IMG/VR virus record: IMGVR_UViG_3300027832_000001
Length of the DNA: 42,086 nt
Strand: one strand, 5' to 3'
From: a virus
Part shown: piece by piece, positions 33,142 to 41,222 of the stretch
Layout: every line of letters starts with the position of its first letter
Numbering within the stretch: the stretch's first letter is position 1
Notes under the pieces: model-generated
What the model saw: the letters and a program-made list of their open reading frames with translations, nothing else
What the model was told of the DNA's origin: nothing
The model's database searches: none
Made by a program: the position numbers and the translations under genes

Positions 33142-33384
33142 ATGACCAACCAGACAAACTCCACCACCCACCAGTTTGCGGCATCGCAGATCGAGGTCGG
33201 CGACGAAATCCTGATCCGAGTTCACTCGACGAACCCGAACGACTTCCAGCGTCGCCGCCACTACCTGAAAGTGCTCGCCACCAACGGCGACGGATACAAG
33301 GTCAAGGTCTTCACCGACCAGGGCGAGATGTCCTTCCGCAACTCCGACATCGTCGAGATCGTCACCCACGGCTGGACCGCATGA
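33142..33384 (+). CDS. Hypothetical protein (80 aa)
   Basis: ATG 33142 inside ORF 33106..33384, 7 nt after the -10 element. N-terminus MTNQTNSTT. Confidence 0.6.
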   Translation: MTNQTNSTTHQFAASQIEVGDEILIRVHSTNPNDFQRRRHYLKVLATNGDGYKVKVFTDQGEMSFRNSDIVEIVTHGWTA

Positions 33385-33641
33385 TGACCGCCGCAACCAC
33401 CACCAAAATCGCAGCCGCCAGCCTCGTTCCCGGCGACTTCATCATCAGCCGTATCGGTATCCCTCGCAAGATCATCGCAGTCTGGGGCAACGTTGAGATC
33501 GAGTTCGCAGACGGTTCCACTCAGGGAATTCACCCCGATCACACCGTCACGATCATCGCCACCGAAGCCCGAGCGATCTGCGATGGCCTCGGCCACGGCT
33601 ACCCCGGTGGCGGTCCCTGCCCGCTCGAAGATCGCTGGTAA
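33381..33641 (+). CDS. Hypothetical protein (86 aa)
   Basis: ORF track. ATGA overlap. Confidence 0.55.
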   Translation: MMTAATTTKIAAASLVPGDFIISRIGIPRKIIAVWGNVEIEFADGSTQGIHPDHTVTIIATEARAICDGLGHGYPGGGPCPLEDRW

Positions 33642-33643
33642 GC

Positions 33644-33675
33644 GAAGCGACCTCGGCTACGGCCGAGCGTTGCGA
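33644..33675 (+). terminator. Conserved hairpin element, copy 2
   Basis: GAAGCGACCTCGGCTACGGCCGAGCGTTGCGA, near-identical to 4472-4506. Confidence 0.4.
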
Positions 33676-33743
33676 AGGTCTTCCCGAGTCGGGCGGATCT
33701 TCGGAGCGATCCCCGCTTCCACCAAGCAAGAAAGAATGGCACC

Positions 33744-34937
33744 ATGCCCACCACCGAAGAACTCTCCACCCGACTCCGAAACGAGACGGACCTTTCCAAG
33801 ATCAGCGGCACCCTCGCCGCTGTCGCCTCCTCCCGCTTCGATGTCGTCGCCCCACAATCGGCGCTCCACGTCGAGCGTGACACGGCGACGATCGCCGACC
33901 CGAGCGGCGAGCCGCAACTCACCGACGATGGAGTCACGTCGCCAGTGATCGTCGCCTCGATGACTCGCATGGCGGAACGGCAGATCGCTGGTCGGCTCAA
34001 GATCCCGCTCCAGTACCTCGACCGCCTCCAGAGCAACGAGGACGCCACCCGCGACCTCGCCGACCACTCGATCAACACGCTGGCCGGGATCGACGACCGC
34101 AAGGCGCTCTACCGTTTCTTACGGGCCGACGATGGCCTGGTGCTCCGCTCCGTCCTCTCCGACTCTTATGGACTCTTCGACAACGACCGGGCGCTCCGTG
34201 CTCTCATCGAAGGCCTCGGCGCTTCTGGCCTCGGCCTCGGCGACTGTCAGGTGAAGGGCGACGTGACGCCGGACCGGCTGCGGCTTCGCATCACGGTCCC
34301 GGCGATCGAGCTGGCCGTCCCCGATCTACTCGGCGACTACCGGATGCCGTTCTCGATGAAACCGGAGAACGGCATGCACGACCGACCCGACGTGGGCGAG
34401 ACACCTCCCGTGCTGTGGGCCGGTATCGAAATCGGCAACTCCGAGACAGGCAACGGAACCTTCTTCGTCAGGCCTCGGGCCGAGGTCGCTGTCTGCCGCA
34501 ACGGTCTTGTCAAGCCGATCGAGTTCAAGCGTGCTCACCTCGGCGCTCGGCTCGACGACGGCGAGATCAACTGGTCCGGCGAGACTCGTCAGAACGTGTA
34601 CAAGCTGGTGGCCTCGCAGGTCGCCGACGTGGTGCGTACCTACCTCTCGACCGACTACTTGGTGACGATCGCTGCGGAGATGCGTGCTGCGAAGGGAATC
34701 GTTATCGACTCGGCGGCTTCTGCCATCGAGATCGTGACCGACCAGATCGGGCTGACCGACGACGAGCAGAGAAACGTCTTCGACTGCTTCGCTCGGGGTG
34801 GCGACTCGACGCTGTTGGGGCTGGGCCAAGCGGTCACGGCTGCTTCCCAGCTGGTCGAAGACGGCGATCGTCAGGCCGAGCTGGAAGGCGAGTTCTGGAA
34901 CGTTGTCAACTCGCCAGCTCGTTACGCCTCGGTCTGA
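33744..34937 (+). CDS. DUF932-like phage/plasmid protein
   Basis: ORF track. RSVLSDSYGLFDND and the overall size resemble the DUF932 family (recalled pattern, not searched). Confidence 0.5.
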   Translation: MPTTEELSTRLRNETDLSKISGTLAAVASSRFDVVAPQSALHVERDTATIADPSGEPQLTDDGVTSPVIVASMTRMAERQIAGRLKIPLQYLDRLQSNEDATRDLADHSINTLAGIDDRKALYRFLRADDGLVLRSVLSDSYGLFDNDRALRALIEGLGASGLGLGDCQVKGDVTPDRLRLRITVPAIELAVPDLLGDYRMPFSMKPENGMHDRPDVGETPPVLWAGIEIGNSETGNGTFFVRPRAEVAVCRNGLVKPIEFKRAHLGARLDDGEINWSGETRQNVYKLVASQVADVVRTYLSTDYLVTIAAEMRAAKGIVIDSAASAIEIVTDQIGLTDDEQRNVFDCFARGGDSTLLGLGQAVTAASQLVEDGDRQAELEGEFWNVVNSPARYASV

Positions 34938-34948
34938 CCCGATAAGCA

Positions 34949-34994
34949 AACCTGCCCGGCCACCTCGCAATCGTGCGGAGTGGCCGGGCAGGTT
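34949..34994 (+). terminator. Strong hairpin after the DUF932-like gene
   Basis: Perfect 15-bp stem, AACCTGCCCGGCCAC (34949-34963) with GTGGCCGGGCAGGTT (34980-34994). 16-nt loop. Confidence 0.6.
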
Positions 34995-35073
34995 AGGGTT
35001 GTCGCCCTACCAAGAACTCGAACCGAGGAGAAGAAGTGTACCAAGAAGTGAATGAACTGGCAGAGGTCGTGGC

Positions 35074-35871
35074 GTGAGCATCGAGCGTGTCGCCCTCGTC
35101 CTGAAGAAATCGTGGGGAGTGCCCGGCACCGCCAAGCTGATCTTGATTGGCATTGCCAACCATGACGGCGACGGTGGGGCGTGGCCGTCGATCGACACGC
35201 TGGCGGCATACGCCGAGGTCGATCGACGTGGAGTGCAGCGGCACCTCTCGACGATGTCCGAGAAGGGCATCCTGACCGTCCACACCAATCGGGGTGGCAC
35301 TGATGCCACCCCGGTCGATCGTCGCCCGAATCGCTACGAGATCGACTACGGATACGAGGCGGCGCGAGCGTCGCCTCGCGGGGCGGTGTCTACGACGGCA
35401 CGGGGCGGTGTAGAAGGCGCGAACGGGGCGGTGTCTACGACCGAACGGGGCGGTGTGTGCGCCGCCCTAACCTTCCTTGAACCATCCATAGAACCGTCCA
35501 TAGAACTGTTTACCTCATCGCAAGCGATCGAGGTGCTGCCGCTGGCGAGAGTGCTGGCGTATTCGCTCGACGAAGAGTTCGATCTCTTCTGGCAGACATA
35601 CGGCCGAGTCGGTTCGAAGAAGAAGGCTCGCGAATGCTGGGAGCTGGCAATCCGCAAGGCAGCACCCGAGGTCATCCAGGCTGGCTTGGAGCGATGGACA
35701 GAATACTGGCTGTCGCCCGACGCCGCGAATCAGAAGTGGCCGCAAGGATGGCTCAGCGAAGAGCGGTGGAGCGACGAGCCGCCGTTCGCCTCGAAGAAGT
35801 CTGTCGCACCGAAGCTCGCAAACTCCACCGCCGCTCTCAAGCAGGCCATGCAGAACAGGATGAACCGATGA
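35074..35871 (+). CDS. Winged-helix replication-initiator / replisome-organizer-like protein
   Basis: ORF track. N-terminus AKLILIGIANHDGDGGAWPSIDTLAAYAEVDRRGVQRHLSTMSEKGIL. C-terminus FDLFWQTYGRVGSKKKARECW. Iterons lie within the gene. Confidence 0.5.
   Translation: MSIERVALVLKKSWGVPGTAKLILIGIANHDGDGGAWPSIDTLAAYAEVDRRGVQRHLSTMSEKGILTVHTNRGGTDATPVDRRPNRYEIDYGYEAARASPRGAVSTTARGGVEGANGAVSTTERGGVCAALTFLEPSIEPSIELFTSSQAIEVLPLARVLAYSLDEEFDLFWQTYGRVGSKKKARECWELAIRKAAPEVIQAGLERWTEYWLSPDAANQKWPQGWLSEERWSDEPPFASKKSVAPKLANSTAALKQAMQNRMNR
35379..35456. repeat. Four iterons CGGGGCGGTGT at 22-23 bp spacing (putative origin)
   Basis: Copies at 35379, 35401, 35424 and 35446. Copies 1 and 3 share 18 nt (CGGGGCGGTGTCTACGAC). 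Followed by an AT-richer tract at 35468-35515 containing TCCATAGAAC twice. Confidence 0.5.
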
Positions 35872-36302
35872 CCGAAGAAGAATCTTGGCTACTGGTCGGT
35901 GATCTCGCCGTTGAGACAAGCGGGTGGGATGACATCAACATCGAGGCCACTCGTAAACGCATCGAGGGATGGCCCGACTTCAATTGCGGGCGCGAGGCGG
36001 TCGAGACTGTCATCGAAACACACGACGGTTACGGCCGTCCTCTGTGGGGCGCTCTGAACAATGCGTACCGCTCCTCGGCCCGACGGCGGACGATGGCTGC
36101 TCCGGCGCTTCTTTCGGGCGCTGAGGGACGTATCTTGTCCTTTGCGGAGGGTCGGGTCGTAGCTGCGAAGTCGTACTCTCAATATTGTGTGAAGCGAGAT
36201 ACGAAGACTGACCCGCACATTCTTTCGGGCTTCCGCTCGACCGAGCCGAACCCGAAGATCCTCGATCAGCTTCTGGGCTTTGTGAAGAGTCCCGAGGAAT
36301 GA
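35868..36302 (+). CDS. Hypothetical protein (144 aa)
   Basis: ATG 35868 (ATGA overlap) inside ORF 35634..36302. Confidence 0.55.
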   Translation: MTEEESWLLVGDLAVETSGWDDINIEATRKRIEGWPDFNCGREAVETVIETHDGYGRPLWGALNNAYRSSARRRTMAAPALLSGAEGRILSFAEGRVVAAKSYSQYCVKRDTKTDPHILSGFRSTEPNPKILDQLLGFVKSPEE

Positions 36303-36342
36303 TGCACTCTGAGTTGTCGGCGACCGAATACCGGAGCTTGCT

Positions 36343-36609
36343 GTGAGCGTGACGCCACGAGCGCGGGCGCTCAACCGAGGCCACATCATGGACGCCGACG
36401 TGAAGAAGGCGGAGCGGGCCGAGGCGAGGAGGAACGCTCCGAAGTCGTTGGCGATCGTGCGTGGGCAGCGCGTCTTCCTCGACGGCGGCGAGTGGGGGAT
36501 GGTGTGGTGCAGCGTGTCGCAGGTTCTGGACGCCCACCGGGCTGAGGTCGTGCTCCCTCACGGCGGTCGTTTGATCGTGCCGAGGTCAATGTTGAGCGGA
36601 GGCTTGTGA
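36343..36609 (+). CDS. Hypothetical protein (88 aa; start uncertain, ATG 36388 also possible)
   Basis: ORF track. Confidence 0.45.
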   Translation: MSVTPRARALNRGHIMDADVKKAERAEARRNAPKSLAIVRGQRVFLDGGEWGMVWCSVSQVLDAHRAEVVLPHGGRLIVPRSMLSGGL

Positions 36610-36635
36610 TTCTCCTGCGATGTCCTTCCCAACAA

Positions 36636-36664
36636 CACCCGGCTCGACTCGGGTCGATTAGAGT
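36636..36664 (+). promoter_or_regulatory. Degenerate cassette copy upstream of the HNH / modification operon
   Basis: CGGCTCGA-C-TCGGGTCG (36640-36656), then TAGAGT at 36659-36664. The -35 position reads CACCCG, which is poor. Confidence 0.35.
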
Positions 36665-36728
36665 GAAGTCGATCGGTTGCTCTGCGTGGCCGACGTAACG
36701 GGCTACGGCCCAGAAAGGTTCCGATGGC

Positions 36729-37097
36729 GTGATTCGCTCTGGTCCGATCAAACGTAAGAAGTCAGCGGATCGGACCAGAGCAGGGTCGCCCGCACAGGGT
36801 GCTCAGAGGCCATCTAAGCAACGATCCCGCCCGAGGAGGGCCGGTGTCGCCCCTGATACCGCTGAGGCTGTGAAGGAGCGAGACCAAGAATGCCAGGCGT
36901 GGCCGCTCGGCTTCGCTCTCGATCGCCGATGTTCGGGCCGAGGCCACATTCACCATCGTGTGCTGAGATCGCAAGGAGGCGAGCACACCGCCGAGAATCT
37001 GCTACTGCTATGCGAGGCGCATCACGACCTCGCTCATAACTCACGACGGGCCGAGGCTGAGGCAGCGGGCGTCATCATCAGAAGGGGTATCAAATGA
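36729..37097 (+). CDS. HNH endonuclease
   Basis: ORF track. HIHHRVLRSQGGEHTAENLLLLCEAHHDLAH is a canonical H-N-H core. Confidence 0.8.
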   Translation: MIRSGPIKRKKSADRTRAGSPAQGAQRPSKQRSRPRRAGVAPDTAEAVKERDQECQAWPLGFALDRRCSGRGHIHHRVLRSQGGEHTAENLLLLCEAHHDLAHNSRRAEAEAAGVIIRRGIK

Positions 37098-37528
37098 ACA
37101 ACATGAGTTTGTTCGACGGAGACGGCGACGACGAAGGCGACAAGAAGGACGACCGGCTGGCGACGCTAGTGGCCAGAGTGTTCTTCTTGATGAGCGATCG
37201 TCACTGGCGTTCGCTCGGCGACATCGGCGAGAAGGCGGGAGGGTCGGAAGCGTCCGTGTCGGCTCGGCTCCGAGATCTACGGAAGCCACGTTTCGGTGGG
37301 CACACCGTCGAGCGTCGCCTGGTTGGCGGCGGGCTGTACGCCTACCGGCTCCAGCCGAGCGATCTTGGTCTGCTCGACGGCCGGGCCGAGCGGTCGCCGA
37401 AAGCCGACGCTCGACGCCGGGTGACCGAATACCTCGACAAGCGGGAAGGCCAGCTCCAGGCTGATCTGATCGACTGGGCTTGGTCCGGCGAAACACTGTT
37501 GATGTCCGATCTTCGGGTGCTGCTGTGA
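37094..37528 (+). CDS. Hypothetical protein, possibly winged-helix DNA-binding
   Basis: ORF track. ATGA overlap. HWRSLGDIGEKAGGSEASVSARLRDLRK. Confidence 0.4.
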   Translation: MNNMSLFDGDGDDEGDKKDDRLATLVARVFFLMSDRHWRSLGDIGEKAGGSEASVSARLRDLRKPRFGGHTVERRLVGGGLYAYRLQPSDLGLLDGRAERSPKADARRRVTEYLDKREGQLQADLIDWAWSGETLLMSDLRVLL

Positions 37529-37920
37529 ACGATCACATCCGGCCGGTCATGTCGCAGGCCCAAATCGAACATCAGATCATGGACACCGCCGATGCGTTGG
37601 AGCTGCTCGTCGAGCAGTACGCCGAGATCGCCGAGGCGGCTGGACTGTCCACGGCGGAGCATCTGAAACAGCAGGCGCTGATGACCTTGGCCGTCATCGA
37701 GCATCCGCCGCGCAACGAAAACGGACTGGCAATAAAGCAGGATGCGAAGTCTCGTGACGCACGGATCGAGCTGGCATCAAACGACGAGCGGAAGGCGGCT
37801 GCGATTGCTGGCGCTCGTCGAGAGTTCCAGCGAGAAGCGATGTCGATGCAACGGTCACGGCTCGACGCTCTCCGCACCCTCGCCGCCAACGTGCGATACC
37901 AGTTGAGTAACAACGGATGA
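37525..37920 (+). CDS. Hypothetical helical protein
   Basis: GTG 37525 (GTGA overlap) inside ORF 37480..37920. ATG 37549 is an alternative start. Confidence 0.5.
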   Translation: MNDHIRPVMSQAQIEHQIMDTADALELLVEQYAEIAEAAGLSTAEHLKQQALMTLAVIEHPPRNENGLAIKQDAKSRDARIELASNDERKAAAIAGARREFQREAMSMQRSRLDALRTLAANVRYQLSNNG

Positions 37921-38183
37921 GCACGACCGTAGTCGGGTATGGTGTTGGCATGACCGAGAACGAATCCAAGAAGCTGTCCGCTCTCCAGCTCTCCGTGTGC
38001 CGGGGCAACCTGGCGATGCTCGAACGTAATGCGTTTCTCAAAACGCTGTACGAGAAGGGTGCCACGCAGCCCGAGCTGGCGATCACACTCAACGTAGTGT
38101 CACGCACAGTGGGCGACAAGGAGATCACGCCGGACGCCGTGTACCGGGCGATCAAACGCATCAACGATCGGAGCGGATCATGA
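37917..38183 (+). CDS. Small helix-turn-helix protein
   Basis: ORF track. ATGA overlap. GATQPELAITLNVVSRTVGD. Confidence 0.45.
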   Translation: MSTTVVGYGVGMTENESKKLSALQLSVCRGNLAMLERNAFLKTLYEKGATQPELAITLNVVSRTVGDKEITPDAVYRAIKRINDRSGS

Positions 38184-38809
38184 GTGGCTTCACAGTCAAC
38201 CAAGAGTTCAACGAAGCGATCCCGCTCAGCCAGCTGACGGAGCACCCCGACAACCCGAGGCGAGGCGACGACGTGGCGGTGGCCGAGTCGGTCGAGGCGA
38301 ACGGCTTCTACGGCGCGGTCCTCGTCCACAAGGCGACCGGGCATGTACTCGCCGGTAACACCCGGCTGCGTGTCGCCCGAGAAGCGGGCGAGACAGCGAT
38401 CCCCGGCTTCTGGATCGACTGCGATGAGAAGACCGCCAAGCGGATTCTTCTTGCGGACAACCGTGTGTCTGATCTTGCGTACTACGACGACCAGTTGCTG
38501 CTCGACATGCTCCGAATGGTGGAGGATGAGAGTGGCAACCTGGTCGGCACCGGATACGACAGCTCTTCGATGGAGCTTCTGATGCAGGCTGCTTCGGCGG
38601 AAGAGATCATGGGCGGTGTCCGGCAGGGCGCTACCCCAGAAGACCGTATGGGCGCTTACGTTGCGGCGGACATCCGCTCGCTGATCCTCCCATACGAGCA
38701 CGACGAGTATGAGATTGTTGCGGACGGTCTGATTGCTCTTCGCTCGGCGATGAGTTTGGATACGAACGCCGATGTGATCTTGCGGCTCGTCGTCGAAGCC
38801 ACGGCCTGA
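38180..38809 (+). CDS. ParB/Srx N-terminal-domain protein (ParB-like nuclease domain)
   Basis: ORF track. LTEHPDNPRRGD and LAGNTRLRVAREAG match the ParB N-terminal-domain motifs. Confidence 0.75.
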   Translation: MSGFTVNQEFNEAIPLSQLTEHPDNPRRGDDVAVAESVEANGFYGAVLVHKATGHVLAGNTRLRVAREAGETAIPGFWIDCDEKTAKRILLADNRVSDLAYYDDQLLLDMLRMVEDESGNLVGTGYDSSSMELLMQAASAEEIMGGVRQGATPEDRMGAYVAADIRSLILPYEHDEYEIVADGLIALRSAMSLDTNADVILRLVVEATA

Positions 38810-39789
38810 TGGAGTTGGCGCAGACAGTCGTCCCGCGCATCGTTCGCAAACGAACATTGAGTCCGCTCGTCCGCTGCACGTTCGCCGAGTTGGACCAACG
38901 AATGTTGAACGATTACGGCTCGTGTGACGCAATGATCCCATACAGCCCTCGCCACCCGTGCCCGAACTGCGGACACGTCCAGGTCCAGGCGACCGCCTCG
39001 GCTCCGCCACCCGACGCCGAAATCATCGAGGGCAACGTTGCGCTCATCGACGCCGACACCGGCGAGGTGTCCGCAGTGCAGGTGATCGCCGTCCCCGATC
39101 TGGCGAACCGTTTGGCGGTCGATCTGGGGCACATCAAATGGGATGCACCGGTCAACGCTCGCGGAAAATCAGCGAACGAGACACGACTGTCCGGCATGGT
39201 CGTGACGCACCGGACCTTCGGATACACACCTCCCGTCCCGCTCCGCCGTCGGTATGCGTGTGCGGCCGCAAGGTTCAACTTCGATTACCCTTCTGCCTCG
39301 GCGGCGATCTCCGAGTACGTCGTGGCTGCGGAGCATGTGTTCCGTACACAGGCGGGCGACAAGTATGAGGCGACGGCGACCGAGGTGCTGGCGCAGATCC
39401 CGGCTGCGTGGCGTATCGCTGGCAGCCCGTGGACCTCGGGCATTATCAACAACACGGCGGCTCTCCCGTACCATCGAGACTCGAACAACATCAAAGGTTC
39501 TTGGTCGGCGATGCTGGCGATTCGCAACAACGTCGAAGGCGGTCTGCTGCACCTCGCCGACTACGACGTGTGGTTACGGGTGCCGAACGGTTCGATCTCG
39601 ATTTTCGATGGACAGTCGGTTCTTCATGGCGTATCACCGTTCAAGCTGTCTGGCCCGAATGCTTACCGGTACACGATCGTGTCGTATGCCCGCCGAGGTC
39701 TGCGAGTATGTTGCCCAGACCCGAGGGGCGAGTCGAGGCGCGCCGCTATCGCAGCGACCGCCGCCGACGACAAGAGACGCAACCGATGA
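38809..39789 (+). CDS. 2OG-Fe(II) dioxygenase, TET/JBP-like, with an N-terminal zinc ribbon
   Basis: ORF track. The ATG overlaps the ParB-like gene's TGA. Contains CPNCGH. LPYHRDSNN supplies HxD in an H-R-D-x-x-N context, followed by GGLLHL, the distal His in SVLHGVSP, and YRYTIVSYAR. Confidence 0.6.
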   Translation: MELAQTVVPRIVRKRTLSPLVRCTFAELDQRMLNDYGSCDAMIPYSPRHPCPNCGHVQVQATASAPPPDAEIIEGNVALIDADTGEVSAVQVIAVPDLANRLAVDLGHIKWDAPVNARGKSANETRLSGMVVTHRTFGYTPPVPLRRRYACAAARFNFDYPSASAAISEYVVAAEHVFRTQAGDKYEATATEVLAQIPAAWRIAGSPWTSGIINNTAALPYHRDSNNIKGSWSAMLAIRNNVEGGLLHLADYDVWLRVPNGSISIFDGQSVLHGVSPFKLSGPNAYRYTIVSYARRGLRVCCPDPRGESRRAAIAATAADDKRRNR

Positions 39790-40634
39790 GGGTCTTCGTT
39801 TTCGGTTACGACAGGTTCGAGAACATGACGACCTCGCTGCTGTTGGCGGGCGATGGCGTCGAGCACACGGTTCTTTGTCACAGCGACGAGGACCGGGCGA
39901 AGTTCTTGGCTGGCGGCGCTGTCGGCGGCGAGGTCGTGGCGACCGGGTTGGAGCGTGGCCTCGCTGGTCAACGTAACGCTGCTCTGGACATGCTTGGCGA
40001 CGGCGAGTGGGGAGTGTTCTTAGTGGACGATCTGGTGTCGGTGTCGGAGGTGTCGGGTTACGACGAGCGGCGGCGGACGAGGACGACCGAGCTGGGTATC
40101 AACATGGACAATCAGGCTGCGTTCAAGAACGGCATGGAGTCGCCGATCTCGTGGGACCGATTTATGGTCCGGTGTGCGGAGACGGCGGATGCGTGTGACG
40201 CAATCGGCGCTCGGCTCGGCGGCTTCTGCGGGATTGCGAACCCGCCGTGGCGTGACCGTAAGTGGAAGTTCAATGGTCTGGCCGACGGGCGGGCGTGGGT
40301 TGTGAAGCAGGAGCCTGGGTTCCGTGTCGAGGCTGGCGCTGGTTGCATCGACGATTTCGGGTGGACGGCTCAGCAGATCGAGCGGCACGGTGTGGCCGTC
40401 GTGAACCAGTGGGTGTTGCCGACTGCTCAGAGATACAAGCCTGGCGGCTACGGCTCGATCGACGACCGGCTGGTTGAGAAGCTGGCAGCGGTCAAGTATT
40501 TGACGGCTCGGCACCCAGGCCTGTTGCGTGTGGCTGCGAAGAAGAATGAGCCTGCCGGTTCGCATGTGCAGTTCCGAAGAACGCTGAGTAGGGGTCAGCT
40601 CGATCGGGCGCGCAGGGTGCTCTCCTCGAAATAG
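39786..40634 (+). CDS. Putative GT-A-like glycosyltransferase coupled to the dioxygenase
   Basis: ATG 39786 (ATGA overlap) inside ORF 39408..40634. MRVFVFGYDRF resembles a beta1 strand. GQRNAALDML and GVFLVDDLVSV give a DxD-like acidic motif. Confidence 0.4.
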   Translation: MRVFVFGYDRFENMTTSLLLAGDGVEHTVLCHSDEDRAKFLAGGAVGGEVVATGLERGLAGQRNAALDMLGDGEWGVFLVDDLVSVSEVSGYDERRRTRTTELGINMDNQAAFKNGMESPISWDRFMVRCAETADACDAIGARLGGFCGIANPPWRDRKWKFNGLADGRAWVVKQEPGFRVEAGAGCIDDFGWTAQQIERHGVAVVNQWVLPTAQRYKPGGYGSIDDRLVEKLAAVKYLTARHPGLLRVAAKKNEPAGSHVQFRRTLSRGQLDRARRVLSSK

Positions 40635-40683
40635 TTTCGGGTTCAGGGTTGACGACCCGACTCGGGTCGGATAGAGTGAGGGT
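40627..40683 (+). promoter_or_regulatory. Promoter-operator cassette copy 4
   Basis: -35 TTGACG at 40649-40654. Palindrome at 40653-40669. -10 TAGAGT at 40672-40677. ATG at 40684. The conserved AATAG supplies the stop codon of 39786..40634. Confidence 0.7.
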
Positions 40684-40929
40684 ATGACAACGACGACAAC
40701 CTCAACCGATACCGCCCGAGTGACCGAGTTCGCCTTGAACGGCTTCGCCGTTTGCGTCGGAAAGAACGTGGTCACCCGTAACTTCCGAACCCGAGCCGAA
40801 GCCGAAGTGGCTCTGGCCGAGTGGAACGTGACCGCCGCCGACACGACCGACGGCGAGTGGACCTTCGAGGGTTCCGACCTCGAAGCCGAAGCGCTCGCCG
40901 CCGATCTCCGCCGGGCGGCACAGTCATGA
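40684..40929 (+). CDS. Hypothetical protein (81 aa)
   Basis: ORF track. The ATG lies 6 nt after the -10 element. N-terminus MTTTTT. Confidence 0.65.
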   Translation: MTTTTTSTDTARVTEFALNGFAVCVGKNVVTRNFRTRAEAEVALAEWNVTAADTTDGEWTFEGSDLEAEALAADLRRAAQS

Positions 40930-41222
40930 TCGCCGAGGGTTCCACGGTCTGGATGACCGACGACGTTCACAACTTCCGCAACGTCATCAAGACTCCGCAG
41001 GAGATCAAGCACGGCGACGACGAGTTCGTCATCTGTAGCTTCTTGGGTTACCGCACGATCGGTCGCCTTACCGGCCGCACCCGTCGATTCTTCGGGTGTG
41101 CCTGCCCGACGATCGAGCGGTTCGAGATAGACACCGTTGTCATCGACGGGGCGCTCTGGGGAGTCAAGGGTGAGCGCATCGCCGGGACCGTTGCGGTTCA
41201 CCCCGAACGGATCGTGCGATGA
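40926..41222 (+). CDS. Hypothetical protein (98 aa)
   Basis: ATG 40926 (ATGA overlap) inside ORF 40821..41222. Confidence 0.55.
   Translation: MIAEGSTVWMTDDVHNFRNVIKTPQEIKHGDDEFVICSFLGYRTIGRLTGRTRRFFGCACPTIERFEIDTVVIDGALWGVKGERIAGTVAVHPERIVR

Noticed and set aside
39254-39785. ORF 39254..39976 and the upstream extension of ORF 39408..40634
   Set aside because: Both lie inside the dioxygenase gene in other frames and give Arg-rich translations. ATG 39786, with its ATGA overlap, is the natural start of the downstream gene.
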